DNA of 64,000 nucleotides, taken from the IMG/VR virus record IMGVR_UViG_2974679032_000001, positions 8,218 through 72,217 of that record; one strand, given 5' to 3'. Below are positions 20,401 to 29,408 of this stretch, one piece after another (the stretch's first letter is position 1; each line of letters opens with the position of its first letter). The notes under the pieces are model-generated. The model searched no databases. It saw only the letters and a list, made by a program, of their open reading frames with translations, and was not told the DNA's origin. Source of the DNA: a virus. Its lineage: Duplodnaviria > Caudoviricetes. The position numbers and the translations under genes were made by a program.

Positions 20401-20971
20401 CGCGGGCGGCGGGCCAGCTGGCGGCATCGTGTCCTCGGTGATCTCCTCGGCTGGCCAGGCTGGCGTGGACATCGCCGCCGAGGTGGGCACCGACTTCGCC
20501 CTGGCCATGAGCCAGACGATCATCGACATGGTGGCCGAGGGCCTGATGTCACAGTTCGGCGACCAGATGACCGGCCTGTTCGGCGGCGCTGGCCTGGCCG
20601 CGCTGTTCGATCCGGCGGGCGGGCTGCTGGCCACGCTCCTGGGCGGCGTGCTCGGTATCTTCTCCGGCCTGCTCGGCGGCACCCTGGGCGGCGCGAGCAC
20701 CATGATCCCCGGCGACACGCTGTTCGGCGCGCTCCCGTTCGACAACGGCGGCATGGCCGAGGGCATCGGCTATCTGCCCAAGGCGACCAACGAGCCGGAG
20801 CTGGTGCTCTCACCCGTCGAGACCAACCTGTTCTCGCGGTTCGTCTCGGCGCTGGAGCGCGGTGGGTTCGGGAGCGGCGGCAACCGGACGGTCAACGCGC
20901 CCATTACAGTGATCGGCGGGAGGGAAACTCCCGAGAAGGTCCAGAACCGGCTGCTCAGCTTGATGCCGTAG
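14489..20971 (+). CDS. tape measure protein with Rpf-like transglycosylase and NlpC/P60-like domains
   Basis: Longest ORF (2160 aa), Ala/Gly-rich and helical. Contains 'ANTGNGYFGGLQFDQGTW...ADQATREQQI' and 'YKWG...DCSG...H'. Confidence 0.93.
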   Translation: MTDVGKISLGVELDASDLSAKLGEAVRRAIAPALAEIQRELNAVQREYEQTSRSAEKSGSAQAAAAKIAADAVHNVGEETDKVAAKTRVASGVSARSINAVTRAWEKQTAAIAANTAARAANAATPTGGGPGGGSGGGSGGGGPPRRGGPGDIHRGGFLQGGRGRFGFLTSGPGLNLMALGIGSFPAAATAVTNLTASIEQLAGAGLALPGIYGAAAASIGTAVLGFHGMGDAVKALTEAMKSGDPKDFEKATEAMKDMDPAAQAVAKTVAGLVRGPLLDLQKMVAGRMFAGFDTDLQQTADKVIPRLSGRLGELGTAWNGTLKAITSSMRDNRNLNLLDGILGDTATAQTKINQKVIAPLTHALLVLTKGGTGVLPRLADGLAAGAERFDRFITHAAETGQLAKWINDGVTGMHQLAESALNILKVIHNLDQAATGGGFLPWLQKATGQLAALTGSASGQSALTQFFKDGREQMEQWGPILLDLGKVLLDIYKASHMWAEILLPFLHTALDLLTKFPGLITAAGVALLAWKTSTIFKPLIAGLDSAIGRFGQLEAAAVNAGTAVAGGAGGSRRQRIAGGARAGLGALGSTKGLLGLGFMAGGTMEQLNADSTGDKVIGALSTVGGSALTGAAIGSVIPGVGTAIGAAGGAAVGAALAGVNFLLGENAQKSREAAAAQAEYQASLQQSAAALAGLQQAQKDVNDSLLTSKGDLTDAGVQGAIAQNLGALPDSIKSHYGEQTAKGFSESLGRLGLSNAELAQQITGAQPQFDALETNLRMMGPDGAFAAQQLQQMRDQILGMQGAAQTAAPAMDQLAQALHLPGAADAVAAVKTAVESIPKDVPITMDMPNAPAVVDILRGMGEQIDIVDGKPIVLNPDDAKVKEADAALEALGVKITHLPDGSIKVSIDPLALQRAQMDMNSFFAQYTNMILHPEIQPHMDTSQPPPGPIPGGPPLPPALGGWDTGGHASGGVFPGYAPGRDSLWARVSPGEGVLIPEAVRGLGGSAGVYAINSMFRSNLSRRGYANGGIVGFDDGGVQTHLDPNFLGPGPGNASEPNYAKGIYDILSGRELAPMGPLTKLTSDQMKYMADQRVAKLPGMSGGGIGPFGTPIKPKNRAYDAMAGALQALGFKPEEIIGENPVDYFEKAFTDQMQAQQQAMTSAGQGGALGAGGMSPANAGQIAAALVAFSHSGNLADVSSIGLNANSPVITAITSARNKKGGLADDQIAELIQQIIGGPGYQGVLDTQNSSIVKSLQSFHDQMVKKGGVPGAAPGMGGLPGAAGAGGLNFDALMKLEAGSSGGWQANTGNGYFGGLQFDQGTWDQYKLPGFPARADQATREQQIQAAMNALGQGRTPQSLWPANYSALQQPGATNVTGGLPGAGQTPFPAVAGGVPSGMTADAMGLITFAQRASGGAYKWGASDLAAGLSDCSGAVSDLVELITKGQATPERLFDTHSAGGVLAGLGAVQGAVPGMLQIGWSDEHMRATLPNGVNFESGGATGQGATYGGNAKGAAGMPNIMSLPVTGGAAGMYGAGGMGGLGGAGGVVPVYVTNFGQGANMAPLFKPLADGLAAGGQEAAGNVIGDLGAGISSAIQTPADQRKPNAQLADLVAEHNPMALAAALGINVQDFTRQGGAGPDAVTQAGGYDASGRLFSDTAGLIDRTFTSLNAQLDAMKQQLTDAVQQVAAKLNDEAVTPIIKAGVQEALGDLKDSVLNGLGTSIGQAAAPPIADAVKSAVASLPVNSSGAASTGGTIGSQAAAPFNTALGGLFAGGGAVWGGIPGKDSVPILAQQGEFVLDRGDVARMGGVHGVEAFRRAMEKRGGIRHFATGGGVNVNDVVGAEFFGVSEVPIIGTIVNLLVRVLLKMIGVDIEARDTMMEMSDDFRTFRGDAFKAFDAQGRLLNDTSGLIERSSTSTETAAAERIRILKIVIQAIIKYLIEKVIVPIAKAVANSVIQAGASAAGAAVSGAGGGPAGGIVSSVISSAGQAGVDIAAEVGTDFALAMSQTIIDMVAEGLMSQFGDQMTGLFGGAGLAALFDPAGGLLATLLGGVLGIFSGLLGGTLGGASTMIPGDTLFGALPFDNGGMAEGIGYLPKATNEPELVLSPVETNLFSRFVSALERGGFGSGGNRTVNAPITVIGGRETPEKVQNRLLSLMP

Positions 20972-20982
20972 AAGGAGGGCGC

Positions 20983-22419
20983 GTGGCGTTCCGCGGTTAC
21001 TTCGCCCTCAACGGGACGGAGATCGCCAACTCCTCCCGCGTGGTGGCCCATATCGGGGCGGAGGTGCCAACGCGGGACATCGGCCTGCTCACTCCGGCCG
21101 AGGACTGCGCCATCGCTCCCATCGCCCCAGGGCGGCTCCTGGGCACCGTTCCGGCCTCCTCGGTGCCCATCGCGCCGGGGCGGCTCCTGGGCACCGTGCC
21201 GGACGGCTCACGGCTCTACGGGCCGGGCCTGGCCATCGTCGGCGACTGCTGGACTCCTGAGCCGCTCTGCTTCGACTGCCGGGATCGCATCGGCTACGAC
21301 GACTCCTGGCCGGGCCTGCCCACCATGCTGGGCGACACGATCTATCGCCCCGAGCTGGCTCCCTGGTACACCAGCCGGGTGCCCGAGAGCGCGGAGTTCA
21401 ACGGCGTCTGGGTGATGGACGTGAAGGGCCTGGACTCCACCCCGGTCGGCGTCGAGGTCCAGGAGATGGCTGGCGATGGCGGCGCGCCGGGGCCGGTGCG
21501 CACGCCCAGCCGCAAGGTCACGTTCGAGGCGATGCTGATGGCGTGCTCCAACGCCGGGCTGACCTACGGCCTCCAGTGGCTCAACTGCCAGCTGCGTGAG
21601 GCCAACCAGCGCAGCGACTCGGTGCTGCGCTACCTCGCCGCTCACCCCGGCGATTCCGCCGCTGATCCGGCCACCCTGGTGCGCGAGGTCCACGGCGTCA
21701 TGCTGACCCAAGAGGTCCAGATCAGCGACTCGATCAACGCCAGCCGCCGTCCCAACAACCAGGCCACGATGTACCGGGTGACCTGGGAGCTGACGGTGAC
21801 CCGGCCGCACTCCTACAGCCCGCCGATGACCACGCCCATCGCCTGGGACGAGGTGGTCACCGAGCCGATCAAGTGGGTCCACGCCGCCGATTGCGATGAG
21901 CCAGCGAGCTGCTCGACCGACATGCCGGTGCTCTACGCGGCCAGCTGCCAGCCCGAGAAGATCGACGTGGTGACCACGCCGCCTCCGACCTGCGGCGGCT
22001 GCCTCCCGGTCTGCGCGGTGGTCACCCATGTGGCCGAGGTGCCGACGTTCGACTATCCGCTGCGCTGCCATGAGACCGTGGCCAGCCTGATCATCCGCAA
22101 TACCGGCGCGCACGACCTCACCCTCCAGGGGAGCTGGCGGCGCTGCTCGGCGTTGCTGGGCTGCGATGCCGGCCAGTTTCCGTTCCAGGTCAACGAGCTG
22201 CCGCCGACCGCCGAGCTGTACCTGGACGGGATCACCGGGCGCTATTGGGTCTACTACCACGGCCGCAAGATGCGCCCGGTCAACATCATCGGCACCCCGA
22301 CCGGCGCGCCCTGGCGTCCGGCGCTCATCGACCGCTCGCTGTGCTGGGAGCTGGTGGCGGTGACCGACGGCGACGCACAGTTCGAGATCGAGCTGAGCCT
22401 GGCTGACCGGGAGGCGTAG
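20983..22419 (+). CDS. minor tail protein (distal tail-like)
   Basis: AGGAGG RBS; first gene after the tape measure. Confidence 0.8.
   Translation: MAFRGYFALNGTEIANSSRVVAHIGAEVPTRDIGLLTPAEDCAIAPIAPGRLLGTVPASSVPIAPGRLLGTVPDGSRLYGPGLAIVGDCWTPEPLCFDCRDRIGYDDSWPGLPTMLGDTIYRPELAPWYTSRVPESAEFNGVWVMDVKGLDSTPVGVEVQEMAGDGGAPGPVRTPSRKVTFEAMLMACSNAGLTYGLQWLNCQLREANQRSDSVLRYLAAHPGDSAADPATLVREVHGVMLTQEVQISDSINASRRPNNQATMYRVTWELTVTRPHSYSPPMTTPIAWDEVVTEPIKWVHAADCDEPASCSTDMPVLYAASCQPEKIDVVTTPPPTCGGCLPVCAVVTHVAEVPTFDYPLRCHETVASLIIRNTGAHDLTLQGSWRRCSALLGCDAGQFPFQVNELPPTAELYLDGITGRYWVYYHGRKMRPVNIIGTPTGAPWRPALIDRSLCWELVAVTDGDAQFEIELSLADREA
21118..21201 (+). repeat. intragenic duplication (48-nt period) encoding PIAPGRLLGTVP twice
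   Basis: Near-identical 36-mers at 21118-21153 and 21166-21201. Confidence 0.85.
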
Positions 22420-23516
22420 TGGCCGTCATCACCGACGAGCAGCTGATCAGCCTCCACACCGCTGATGGCATCACGCTCTGGGAGTTCGCGCCCGAGCACT
22501 ACGCCGACTCGACCTGGGGCCGACGCCAGCGGGACGCCAGCTCGGCCTCGATAACCCTGCCGCCCCAGCCGGGCCTGGAGCGCCTCCCCAAGATGGTGCC
22601 CTGGCTGCACTGGGTCTCGATCTATGACGGGCCGCGCGACGTGCTCCTGTGGACCGGGCCTATCCAGAAGGCCACCGCCAGCCGCGCCGGGCTGGGCCTG
22701 GAGTGCAAGGACCACGCCGCCTACCTGGCGCGCACCCGCAACCCGATGACCAAGCGGTGGGATGGGATCGACCCGGCCTACCCGGCGGGCGAGGTGTGGG
22801 CCGAGATGCTGGAGGTCCAGGGCATCAAGAGCCGCGCGATCGTTCGGCCCGACCCCGAGGGCCAGCGGTACGACTTCCAGGTGGTCACCGATCAGCAGAT
22901 GATGGATCAGACCCTCAAGGACTTGGTGAACCTCGGGCTGCGCTGGGCGGTGGTCTCGGGCACCCCGATCATCGGGCCGGTCGGCCATGAGCCGGTGGCC
23001 GTGCTCGGCGAGGACGACTTCATCGGCGACGGGATCAACTTCGTGCGCGATGGCACCGCCGTATTCAACGACGTGCTGGTGCGCGGGCCGGACAACCTCG
23101 GCCGGGCGCGGCGCGACTTCTACGGCCAGAACCTCCAGACCATCGCCAACCTGGACGATATGTTCGGTGTCGGCAATGTGCGGCGCGCGGCCGAGGAGTA
23201 CGTCCGCAACGCCTCGATGGTGCGCACGCGCCTGGAGCTGCCCAGCGGCACCGAGCTGCACCCCGACGCGCCGACCCACATTGACGAGCTGATGCCCAGC
23301 GCCCGGTTCGTCCTGGAGGCTGACGGCGTGCGCGAGATGATGGAGCTGACGGTGGTCGAGTGCGAGCGGCGCAGCGGTGTGGCCTCGGTCAAGGTCACGA
23401 TGGACTCGCTGCCGGATCGCGACTCCGAGGGCAACTTCATCGAGCTAGAGACCGCGCAGAATAAGAACGTGCCCAAGACAACCCTCGGCGGCACCTCCCT
23501 GGGGAGGGCCGGATGA
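22419..23516 (+). CDS. minor tail protein (baseplate hub-like)
   Basis: Overlapping stop/start; synteny. Confidence 0.78.
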   Translation: MAVITDEQLISLHTADGITLWEFAPEHYADSTWGRRQRDASSASITLPPQPGLERLPKMVPWLHWVSIYDGPRDVLLWTGPIQKATASRAGLGLECKDHAAYLARTRNPMTKRWDGIDPAYPAGEVWAEMLEVQGIKSRAIVRPDPEGQRYDFQVVTDQQMMDQTLKDLVNLGLRWAVVSGTPIIGPVGHEPVAVLGEDDFIGDGINFVRDGTAVFNDVLVRGPDNLGRARRDFYGQNLQTIANLDDMFGVGNVRRAAEEYVRNASMVRTRLELPSGTELHPDAPTHIDELMPSARFVLEADGVREMMELTVVECERRSGVASVKVTMDSLPDRDSEGNFIELETAQNKNVPKTTLGGTSLGRAG

Positions 23517-26008
23517 GCACCACCGCGCTCACGCCGGGCCGCAACCCGACCACCGACCCCGAGCTGATCCGCTCGTTCCACGACCGGCTCACCCGCCTGG
23601 AGAGCGCGCGCACCATGCGCGTGGGCGACTGGGTGCTCTCCACCGAGCAGGCCACCGGGAACCTCATCGCCACCAGGCCCGGCCAGACGGTGCTCATCGA
23701 CGGCCAGGGCGCGACCGAGGTGGCCAGCCAGGCGGTGAACCTCTCGGGCCTGGCCAAGAAGTTCGTCACCCCCGAGCAGCTCCAGCTCGCCCTCGATGGC
23801 CTGCCCGATAGCGGCGGTCCCATCGGCGATGTCATCGGGATGATCGAGTCCAAGTTCGCCGATCTCTACCAGCTGCTCACCGGCTCCGGCGTCGATCCGC
23901 TGGCGGCGCTCTCCAAGCTCTCCGACTTCTTCAAGATCGAGCTGGGCGGGCCGGTGGACATCGGGCGGCTGCCGCTGCTCCCGCTGGCCCATATCCGCGA
24001 CATCATCGCCGAGCTGCTCGATGACCCCGACTTCTCCAACCCCGACACGCTGGCCGGGTTCACCGACTGGCTCTGGGACAACACCGATGGCGTCGATACC
24101 CCAGGCGTGGCCAAGCTCATCGCCGACGGCCTCACGCACACGATCTTCTCCAACGCGATCCCGGTCTCCGAGGGCGACACCCTCGATGTGATGGGCAAGG
24201 CCAAGTGGGAGGGCCTGCTCACCTCGGGAGCCAACCCCATCCGCGTCCTGGTGAGCTTCTACAACGCCGCCGGGGCGATGATCGGAGCGCCCGTTCTAGC
24301 CGCCCAGGGAGGCGCTGCGGGCACCAGCGGCGGGGTCGGCGGCTGGCAGGCCCTCACCGGCTCCCTGCCCGTCCCAGCGGGCGCTGTGAGCGCGATCCAA
24401 GAGCTGACGGTCACCCCGGCCGCGACCGGCGGCGTGGTGAAGTTCGGCCAGGCGTCGGTGAGCAAGTCCGGCCTCCTGCCGCAGGGCTATGTCTCGGGCC
24501 TCCTCGACGCGATCAGCGGGCTGTGGAGCGGCATCCAGGCGCGGATAGACGACTTCTTGGACCTGCTCGATGTGTTCGGCGGGTTCCCCGTCGGCTCCGG
24601 CTCCGGCCAGCTCACCGATGTCGCCACCAGGATCAGCAAGCTCAATCCGCTGACCGGCGCGTTCGACTCGGCCTACCTGTCGAACCTCGCCGCCATCGTG
24701 CTGCCCAACGGCCTGAGCCAGGTGCCCGCCCTGGGCGGGCTGGTGGACAAGGCGACCGGCGCGCTGAGCGGCGCGACCCAGGCCGGGGAGACCATCGTCG
24801 GCGCGCTGGTCGATGACGCCGAGCACGTCATGTCGAACCTGTTCGACATGCTCACCGCCAACACCCGCAAGGTCCAAGAGCTGGAGTCCCAAGCGACCAG
24901 CTCCAGCGTCGGCGGGCGGCGGTTCGGGATCAACTTCGCCGACTACCCCGACGGCGCGTTCCCCTCGGGCCTGTTCAATCTGACCTACTCGGGGCCAGGC
25001 ACCTCGGTGCTCTCGATCAGCGGCGGGCAGGCGGTCTGGTCCACGGCGGGCAACGGCTATCGCCGGGCCACGATGCAGTACCCGACCCCGACGCTGACCT
25101 CGTTCCAGGTGGTGCGCGGCACGATGGCCAGCCCGCCCCAGCAGGGCACCAACGTGCGCATCTGGAGCGTCGGGCGGGCCAACGCCGCCATGACCGACTT
25201 CGTGTTCGCGCGCGGTTACTGCACCGGGTTCCTGAGCTATAAGGGCGACATCGGCTCCTACATCGGCGGCGTCGAGCACGCCTGGGCCTCGAACATCAGC
25301 CTGACCTGGAGCCTCGATCTGCGCGTGGTGATGGGCGTGGGCACCAACGCCCGCCGCCATCAGGTTCTCTCCGGCGACACCATCGTCTGGGATGGGATCG
25401 AGCCAGCGGCGTTCCAGTCCACGCTCGACGCCGCCCACATGTACTGGGGCGCGATCTCGGAGACCGACGGCTCGAACACGCCCGGATCGGTGGCCGGGGC
25501 CAGCGTGGTCGATAACGCGCCGCCCGCGGTGATCGGCTCGACCTTCCGCGCCAGCCGCCGCGTCGGCGCGGATACTACGGTGCCCTCGGGCGCGCAGAAG
25601 ATGCCCGCCAACTTCTACGAGACCATCGACTACATCTCGCCGGACCTGACCTATACGCCGGGCACGAACTGCCGCCTGACGGTGAGCAAGCAGGGCACCT
25701 ACCTGGTGCAATATCGCATCCTCCACGGCCAGTACGCCTCCGGCTCGTTCGGCCACGGCTTGCTGTGGAAGAACGGTGCGATCTATGAGCGGTGCGGCTG
25801 GGGCGGCAACCAGCTCAACCTCGGGTTCTCGGTGAACACCACCCTGGAGGACGCCACCTACGCGAGCTTCATCGTGCCGCTCAACCCCGGCGATTACATC
25901 GAGCCGGGCATGAACTTCACCGCCAACATGAGCAATACCGGCGATGCCGCCACGATGGCCGACGGCTCTCAGTCGTGGTTCGCCGTGACGCGCGTCGGGA
26001 TTGCCTGA
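23513..26008 (+). CDS. minor tail protein
   Basis: 831 aa, beta-rich with a carbohydrate-binding-like central part; synteny. Confidence 0.8.
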   Translation: MSTTALTPGRNPTTDPELIRSFHDRLTRLESARTMRVGDWVLSTEQATGNLIATRPGQTVLIDGQGATEVASQAVNLSGLAKKFVTPEQLQLALDGLPDSGGPIGDVIGMIESKFADLYQLLTGSGVDPLAALSKLSDFFKIELGGPVDIGRLPLLPLAHIRDIIAELLDDPDFSNPDTLAGFTDWLWDNTDGVDTPGVAKLIADGLTHTIFSNAIPVSEGDTLDVMGKAKWEGLLTSGANPIRVLVSFYNAAGAMIGAPVLAAQGGAAGTSGGVGGWQALTGSLPVPAGAVSAIQELTVTPAATGGVVKFGQASVSKSGLLPQGYVSGLLDAISGLWSGIQARIDDFLDLLDVFGGFPVGSGSGQLTDVATRISKLNPLTGAFDSAYLSNLAAIVLPNGLSQVPALGGLVDKATGALSGATQAGETIVGALVDDAEHVMSNLFDMLTANTRKVQELESQATSSSVGGRRFGINFADYPDGAFPSGLFNLTYSGPGTSVLSISGGQAVWSTAGNGYRRATMQYPTPTLTSFQVVRGTMASPPQQGTNVRIWSVGRANAAMTDFVFARGYCTGFLSYKGDIGSYIGGVEHAWASNISLTWSLDLRVVMGVGTNARRHQVLSGDTIVWDGIEPAAFQSTLDAAHMYWGAISETDGSNTPGSVAGASVVDNAPPAVIGSTFRASRRVGADTTVPSGAQKMPANFYETIDYISPDLTYTPGTNCRLTVSKQGTYLVQYRILHGQYASGSFGHGLLWKNGAIYERCGWGGNQLNLGFSVNTTLEDATYASFIVPLNPGDYIEPGMNFTANMSNTGDAATMADGSQSWFAVTRVGIA

Positions 26009-27216
26009 TGCCCTGGTATCCCGAGCGCCCCTCGCCGGGCCAGCTGATCCTGCCGCCGCCTGGCTGGCACCCTGAGCCAGCGCCGGAGGAGTTCCACGTC
26101 AAGCCTCCGCCGGGCTGGTGGGCGGTCATCGCCCTGGACACCGCGCTCACGGTCCACTGGATCGAGGAGATGGAGCTGGAGTTCATCAAGGCCGTCGGCC
26201 TGGAGGTGCTCTACCTGACCACCGACCGCCAGCTGGCGCTGACCAAGCTCGGGATGCTCAGCCTGGAGCGCAACATCGAGGCGACCACCGCGCTGGAGAT
26301 GCACGGCGTCTATGCCCTGGGGATCGCCCTGTCGATCACCCTCCAGAAGTCCCTGGCCATGCTCAAGATCGCCCCGGTGACGCTCAGCCAGGCGTTCAAC
26401 CTCACCCCCAACCTGGTACTCGGGAACATCAAGACCATCGACGTGTCGCGCGCCCTCGCGGTGACCCCGGCGCTGGCCATGACGCCGATTCAGATGATGA
26501 GCCTGCCCAAGGCCCTCACGGTGACGCCCTCGCTCGGCCTGGGCGCGTTCCTGAGCGAGGCGTTCTCCCAGACCATCGCGGCCACGCGCGGGCTGGCGTT
26601 CGGGTTCCCTCCGACCGCCGAGGTCACCGACACCTATGGCACGACCGGCACGACCGGCGGGCAGAACTTCACCCATACCGTCCGGCGCTGGTCGAACTTC
26701 AACGATCTCGTCCTGATGGGCGGCGGCGGTGGCGGGCAAGGCTCGGGCTGCTGCGGGTTCAACGGCGACGGCGCTGGCGCTGGCGCGTGGGCCACCATCA
26801 CCATCGTGCGCGGGCCGGTCACCGACGCCAGCGGGAACCTGGCCTGGAGCGTGATCAACTGGCCGGTGGCCATCGGAGGCGGCGGCGATGGCGGCGCGCT
26901 CGGCCTGGGCGCGATCCCTGGCTCTCCAGGAGCCTCTGGCGGGGCGAGCACCATGACCATCGCCGGGATGGGCACCCTGAGCGCCGCTGGCGGCTCTGCG
27001 GGGTTCCTGGCGGGCAATATGCAGGGCGGCACCGCCACGCCGAACCCGCTGGTGCTCAACGGCCAGAACTACGCCGCCGGGGTCGGCGGCGCGGGCAGCT
27101 CGGCGGCGGGCGGCTGGCCGGGAGGCGGCGGCGCAGGAGCCAAGGGCGGGCTGTTCTCGGGGAACAAGGCCGGGCCTGGTGGGCGCGGTCGCGGCTGGGT
27201 GCGCAGCTATCAGTAG
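26008..27216 (+). CDS. glycine-rich minor tail protein
   Basis: TGATG overlap; C-terminal GGGGG-rich domain. Confidence 0.8.
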   Translation: MPWYPERPSPGQLILPPPGWHPEPAPEEFHVKPPPGWWAVIALDTALTVHWIEEMELEFIKAVGLEVLYLTTDRQLALTKLGMLSLERNIEATTALEMHGVYALGIALSITLQKSLAMLKIAPVTLSQAFNLTPNLVLGNIKTIDVSRALAVTPALAMTPIQMMSLPKALTVTPSLGLGAFLSEAFSQTIAATRGLAFGFPPTAEVTDTYGTTGTTGGQNFTHTVRRWSNFNDLVLMGGGGGGQGSGCCGFNGDGAGAGAWATITIVRGPVTDASGNLAWSVINWPVAIGGGGDGGALGLGAIPGSPGASGGASTMTIAGMGTLSAAGGSAGFLAGNMQGGTATPNPLVLNGQNYAAGVGGAGSSAAGGWPGGGGAGAKGGLFSGNKAGPGGRGRGWVRSYQ

Positions 27217-27229
27217 TAGCCTCGGCGGA

Positions 27230-27691
27230 ATGACCTCCCCGGCGGGCGCGATGCCCTACACCTACGGCCTCCAGTTCGAGCAGCTCCAAGACCCGAGCGA
27301 CCCCGACAGCTGGGCCACGGTGACCGCGCCGATGCCCGACGAGGCGACGGCTGAGTCCCAGATCGCCTACTACGCCAACTACTTCGGCGAGAGCGCGCGC
27401 AACTTCACCGTCGTGCGTGCTCCCTCGCCGGACTGGTTCGACTGGAACGAGGGCGACCCCACCGACGACGCGGTGTTCTCCTTCGGCTGGAGCTATACCG
27501 CCCCGGTCTACCCCTACACGGTGCCGCCCACCTACGAGACCCAGATCGCCCCAGCTATCAGCTACGAGCAGATGCAGGGCGGCTGGGCCGAGAATCAGGC
27601 CCGCCCCGAGGAGGAGCGGATGACCGACCTCAAGCGCATCTACGCCGCCAAGGTCGAGTGGCAGCCGGTTCCCACCACGCCCAGCCAGTAA
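27230..27691 (+). CDS. hypothetical protein
   Basis: Codon bias; TAGCCT 7 nt before ATG. Confidence 0.7.
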   Translation: MTSPAGAMPYTYGLQFEQLQDPSDPDSWATVTAPMPDEATAESQIAYYANYFGESARNFTVVRAPSPDWFDWNEGDPTDDAVFSFGWSYTAPVYPYTVPPTYETQIAPAISYEQMQGGWAENQARPEEERMTDLKRIYAAKVEWQPVPTTPSQ

Positions 27692-27701
27692 GCTCTGAGC
27701 C

Positions 27702-28085
27702 GTGGCCGAGGGCATCAGCACCTATCTAGCGAACAAGCTGCTGGATCACGTCTGCCGTGGCGTGGCCTACACGCCGCCGACGACGGTCTACTTCCAGGCC
27801 CATGTCGGCGCGCCCGGCGCGGCGATGACGGCCAACATCGCCACCAACACCGCTCGGGTGGCTGTGCCGTTCGGCGCGGCGTCCGGCGGCGGGATCAACC
27901 TCTCCGGCGCTCCCGAGCACACCCTGGGCGGCGCGAACACGATCACCCACGGCTCGTTCTGGGACGCCGCCAGCGGCGGCAATCCGCTCTGGTCGGCAGC
28001 TGCCTCGGTCGCCAAGGGCGGCGTGGCGGGCGACATCATCCGCGTGAGCACCGCAGCTCTCAGCCTCGGCCCGCTGGCCAGTTAG
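27702..28085 (+). CDS. small tail-associated structural protein
   Basis: 'LANKLLDH' and 'ITHGSFWDAASGGN' motifs of small phage tail proteins. Confidence 0.7.
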   Translation: MAEGISTYLANKLLDHVCRGVAYTPPTTVYFQAHVGAPGAAMTANIATNTARVAVPFGAASGGGINLSGAPEHTLGGANTITHGSFWDAASGGNPLWSAAASVAKGGVAGDIIRVSTAALSLGPLAS

Positions 28086-28095
28086 GATCGCGCTC

Positions 28096-28455
28096 ATGGC
28101 CTCCTACGACTACGCCCTCGGTTTCGACGCCTGGACCGGCCCCGCCGAGAAGCTCCCGGCTCAGCCGATGGAGCCGCTCCCGCCCGGCCCCGATGCGACC
28201 ACCGACGCCCAGGACCGCCACGTTCGCGCGCTGGCCGATCACACCGACGCCAAGCGCAAGTACGAGGCCGAGCTGCGCGCCCTGACCAAGGACGACGGCA
28301 ACTGGAGCGAGCAGCGCACGCCGCTGGGGCGCAACAAGGACGAGGCCCTGGAGAAGGTCAAGGAGTTCGACGCGCTCCACGCGACCAACCCGCTGGTGCG
28401 CAACGTGGGCCTCTACCGGACCCCCGTCGTGAAGTGGGAGCAGGTTCCCTACTAG
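28096..28455 (+). CDS. hypothetical protein
   Basis: Codon bias; ORF track. Confidence 0.7.
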   Translation: MASYDYALGFDAWTGPAEKLPAQPMEPLPPGPDATTDAQDRHVRALADHTDAKRKYEAELRALTKDDGNWSEQRTPLGRNKDEALEKVKEFDALHATNPLVRNVGLYRTPVVKWEQVPY

Positions 28456-28730
28456 AACTTGGGGAGCCAGGGCCGCAAGAAGTCCGGCACCAGCGCGGTG
28501 ATCGTCGCCTGAGCTGCATCCTTGATCTCGGTCACGTCAGGCTTGCCATCGCGGTCCAGATCGGTGATCCGGTCAAACGTCTTGTCGATGGCGGTGGCAA
28601 TCGCCGGGGCGATCAGCGGGGTGACGTACTTGGTCATCACCTGGCCCACCAGCTTCTCGGCCACCGCCTGGGTGCGCTCGTCCTCGATGACCTGGATGAC
28701 GACGCCCGCGACAAAGCTCTGGAGACCCAT
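28452..28730 (-). CDS. hypothetical protein with DxDxDG loop
   Basis: MGLQSFVAGVV...DLDRDGKPD; fills the gap between + strand genes; GC3-rich on the minus strand. Confidence 0.7.
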   Translation of the reverse strand: MGLQSFVAGVVIQVIEDERTQAVAEKLVGQVMTKYVTPLIAPAIATAIDKTFDRITDLDRDGKPDVTEIKDAAQATITALVPDFLRPWLPKF

Positions 28731-28760
28731 CTCCCCACCGTAGCGCGATACCCTGAGCGC

Positions 28761-29408
28761 GTGACCTCCCCGAGCGTATGCGTCTCCGAGAACTGCGTGA
28801 TCGGAGCCGACGGCAAGCTGCGGATGGCTCCCTGGTCCCGGCCTCGCAACGTGGTGGATGTCCTGGCCAGCTCCAGCGCCGACACCACCAAGCTCCTCAA
28901 GACCGACACGCTGCCCGGCCTGCTGATGATCGACCGCAAGGCCAGCTGGACGAATGACTCGCCGGTCGATCACCAGATGCGCATCCTGGTCACCCGGCGC
29001 TGGCGGCGCTGGATCACCAGCAATCCCAACGCCGTCCAGTTCCGAGATCGCTGGAGCTGGGCGATCACGCCCAAGGGCGACGACCTCATCGAGGCAGCGG
29101 AGCCGGTGGTCTCGGGCATCTTCAACTCCCAGACCGGCAGCGCGGGCGACATCGGGACCAACTCGGTGGCCGAGCCGAACCCCGGCAAGTATTGGCACTG
29201 GTGGGGAACGAATACCTCCGAGGAGTGGGTGGGCGAGGTGCTCGCGCCCGGCGACAAGCTGAGCGTCTGGTATCGCACCTACGTCTGGACCCCGCCGCCC
29301 TTCTCCGACAACGCGAACAAGAACGCGCCCGCCCATGAGGCCGAGGCTGGCTGGGCGCGGCTCCAGCTCCAGGCGTTCCCCCGCCAGGGCAGGACGGTGA
29401 CCGGATGA
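28761..29408 (+). CDS. putative minor tail protein, paralogue 1 of 3
   Basis: 'WTNDSP..Q' and C-terminal 'RLQLQAFP' shared with the next two genes. Confidence 0.7.
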   Translation: MTSPSVCVSENCVIGADGKLRMAPWSRPRNVVDVLASSSADTTKLLKTDTLPGLLMIDRKASWTNDSPVDHQMRILVTRRWRRWITSNPNAVQFRDRWSWAITPKGDDLIEAAEPVVSGIFNSQTGSAGDIGTNSVAEPNPGKYWHWWGTNTSEEWVGEVLAPGDKLSVWYRTYVWTPPPFSDNANKNAPAHEAEAGWARLQLQAFPRQGRTVTG

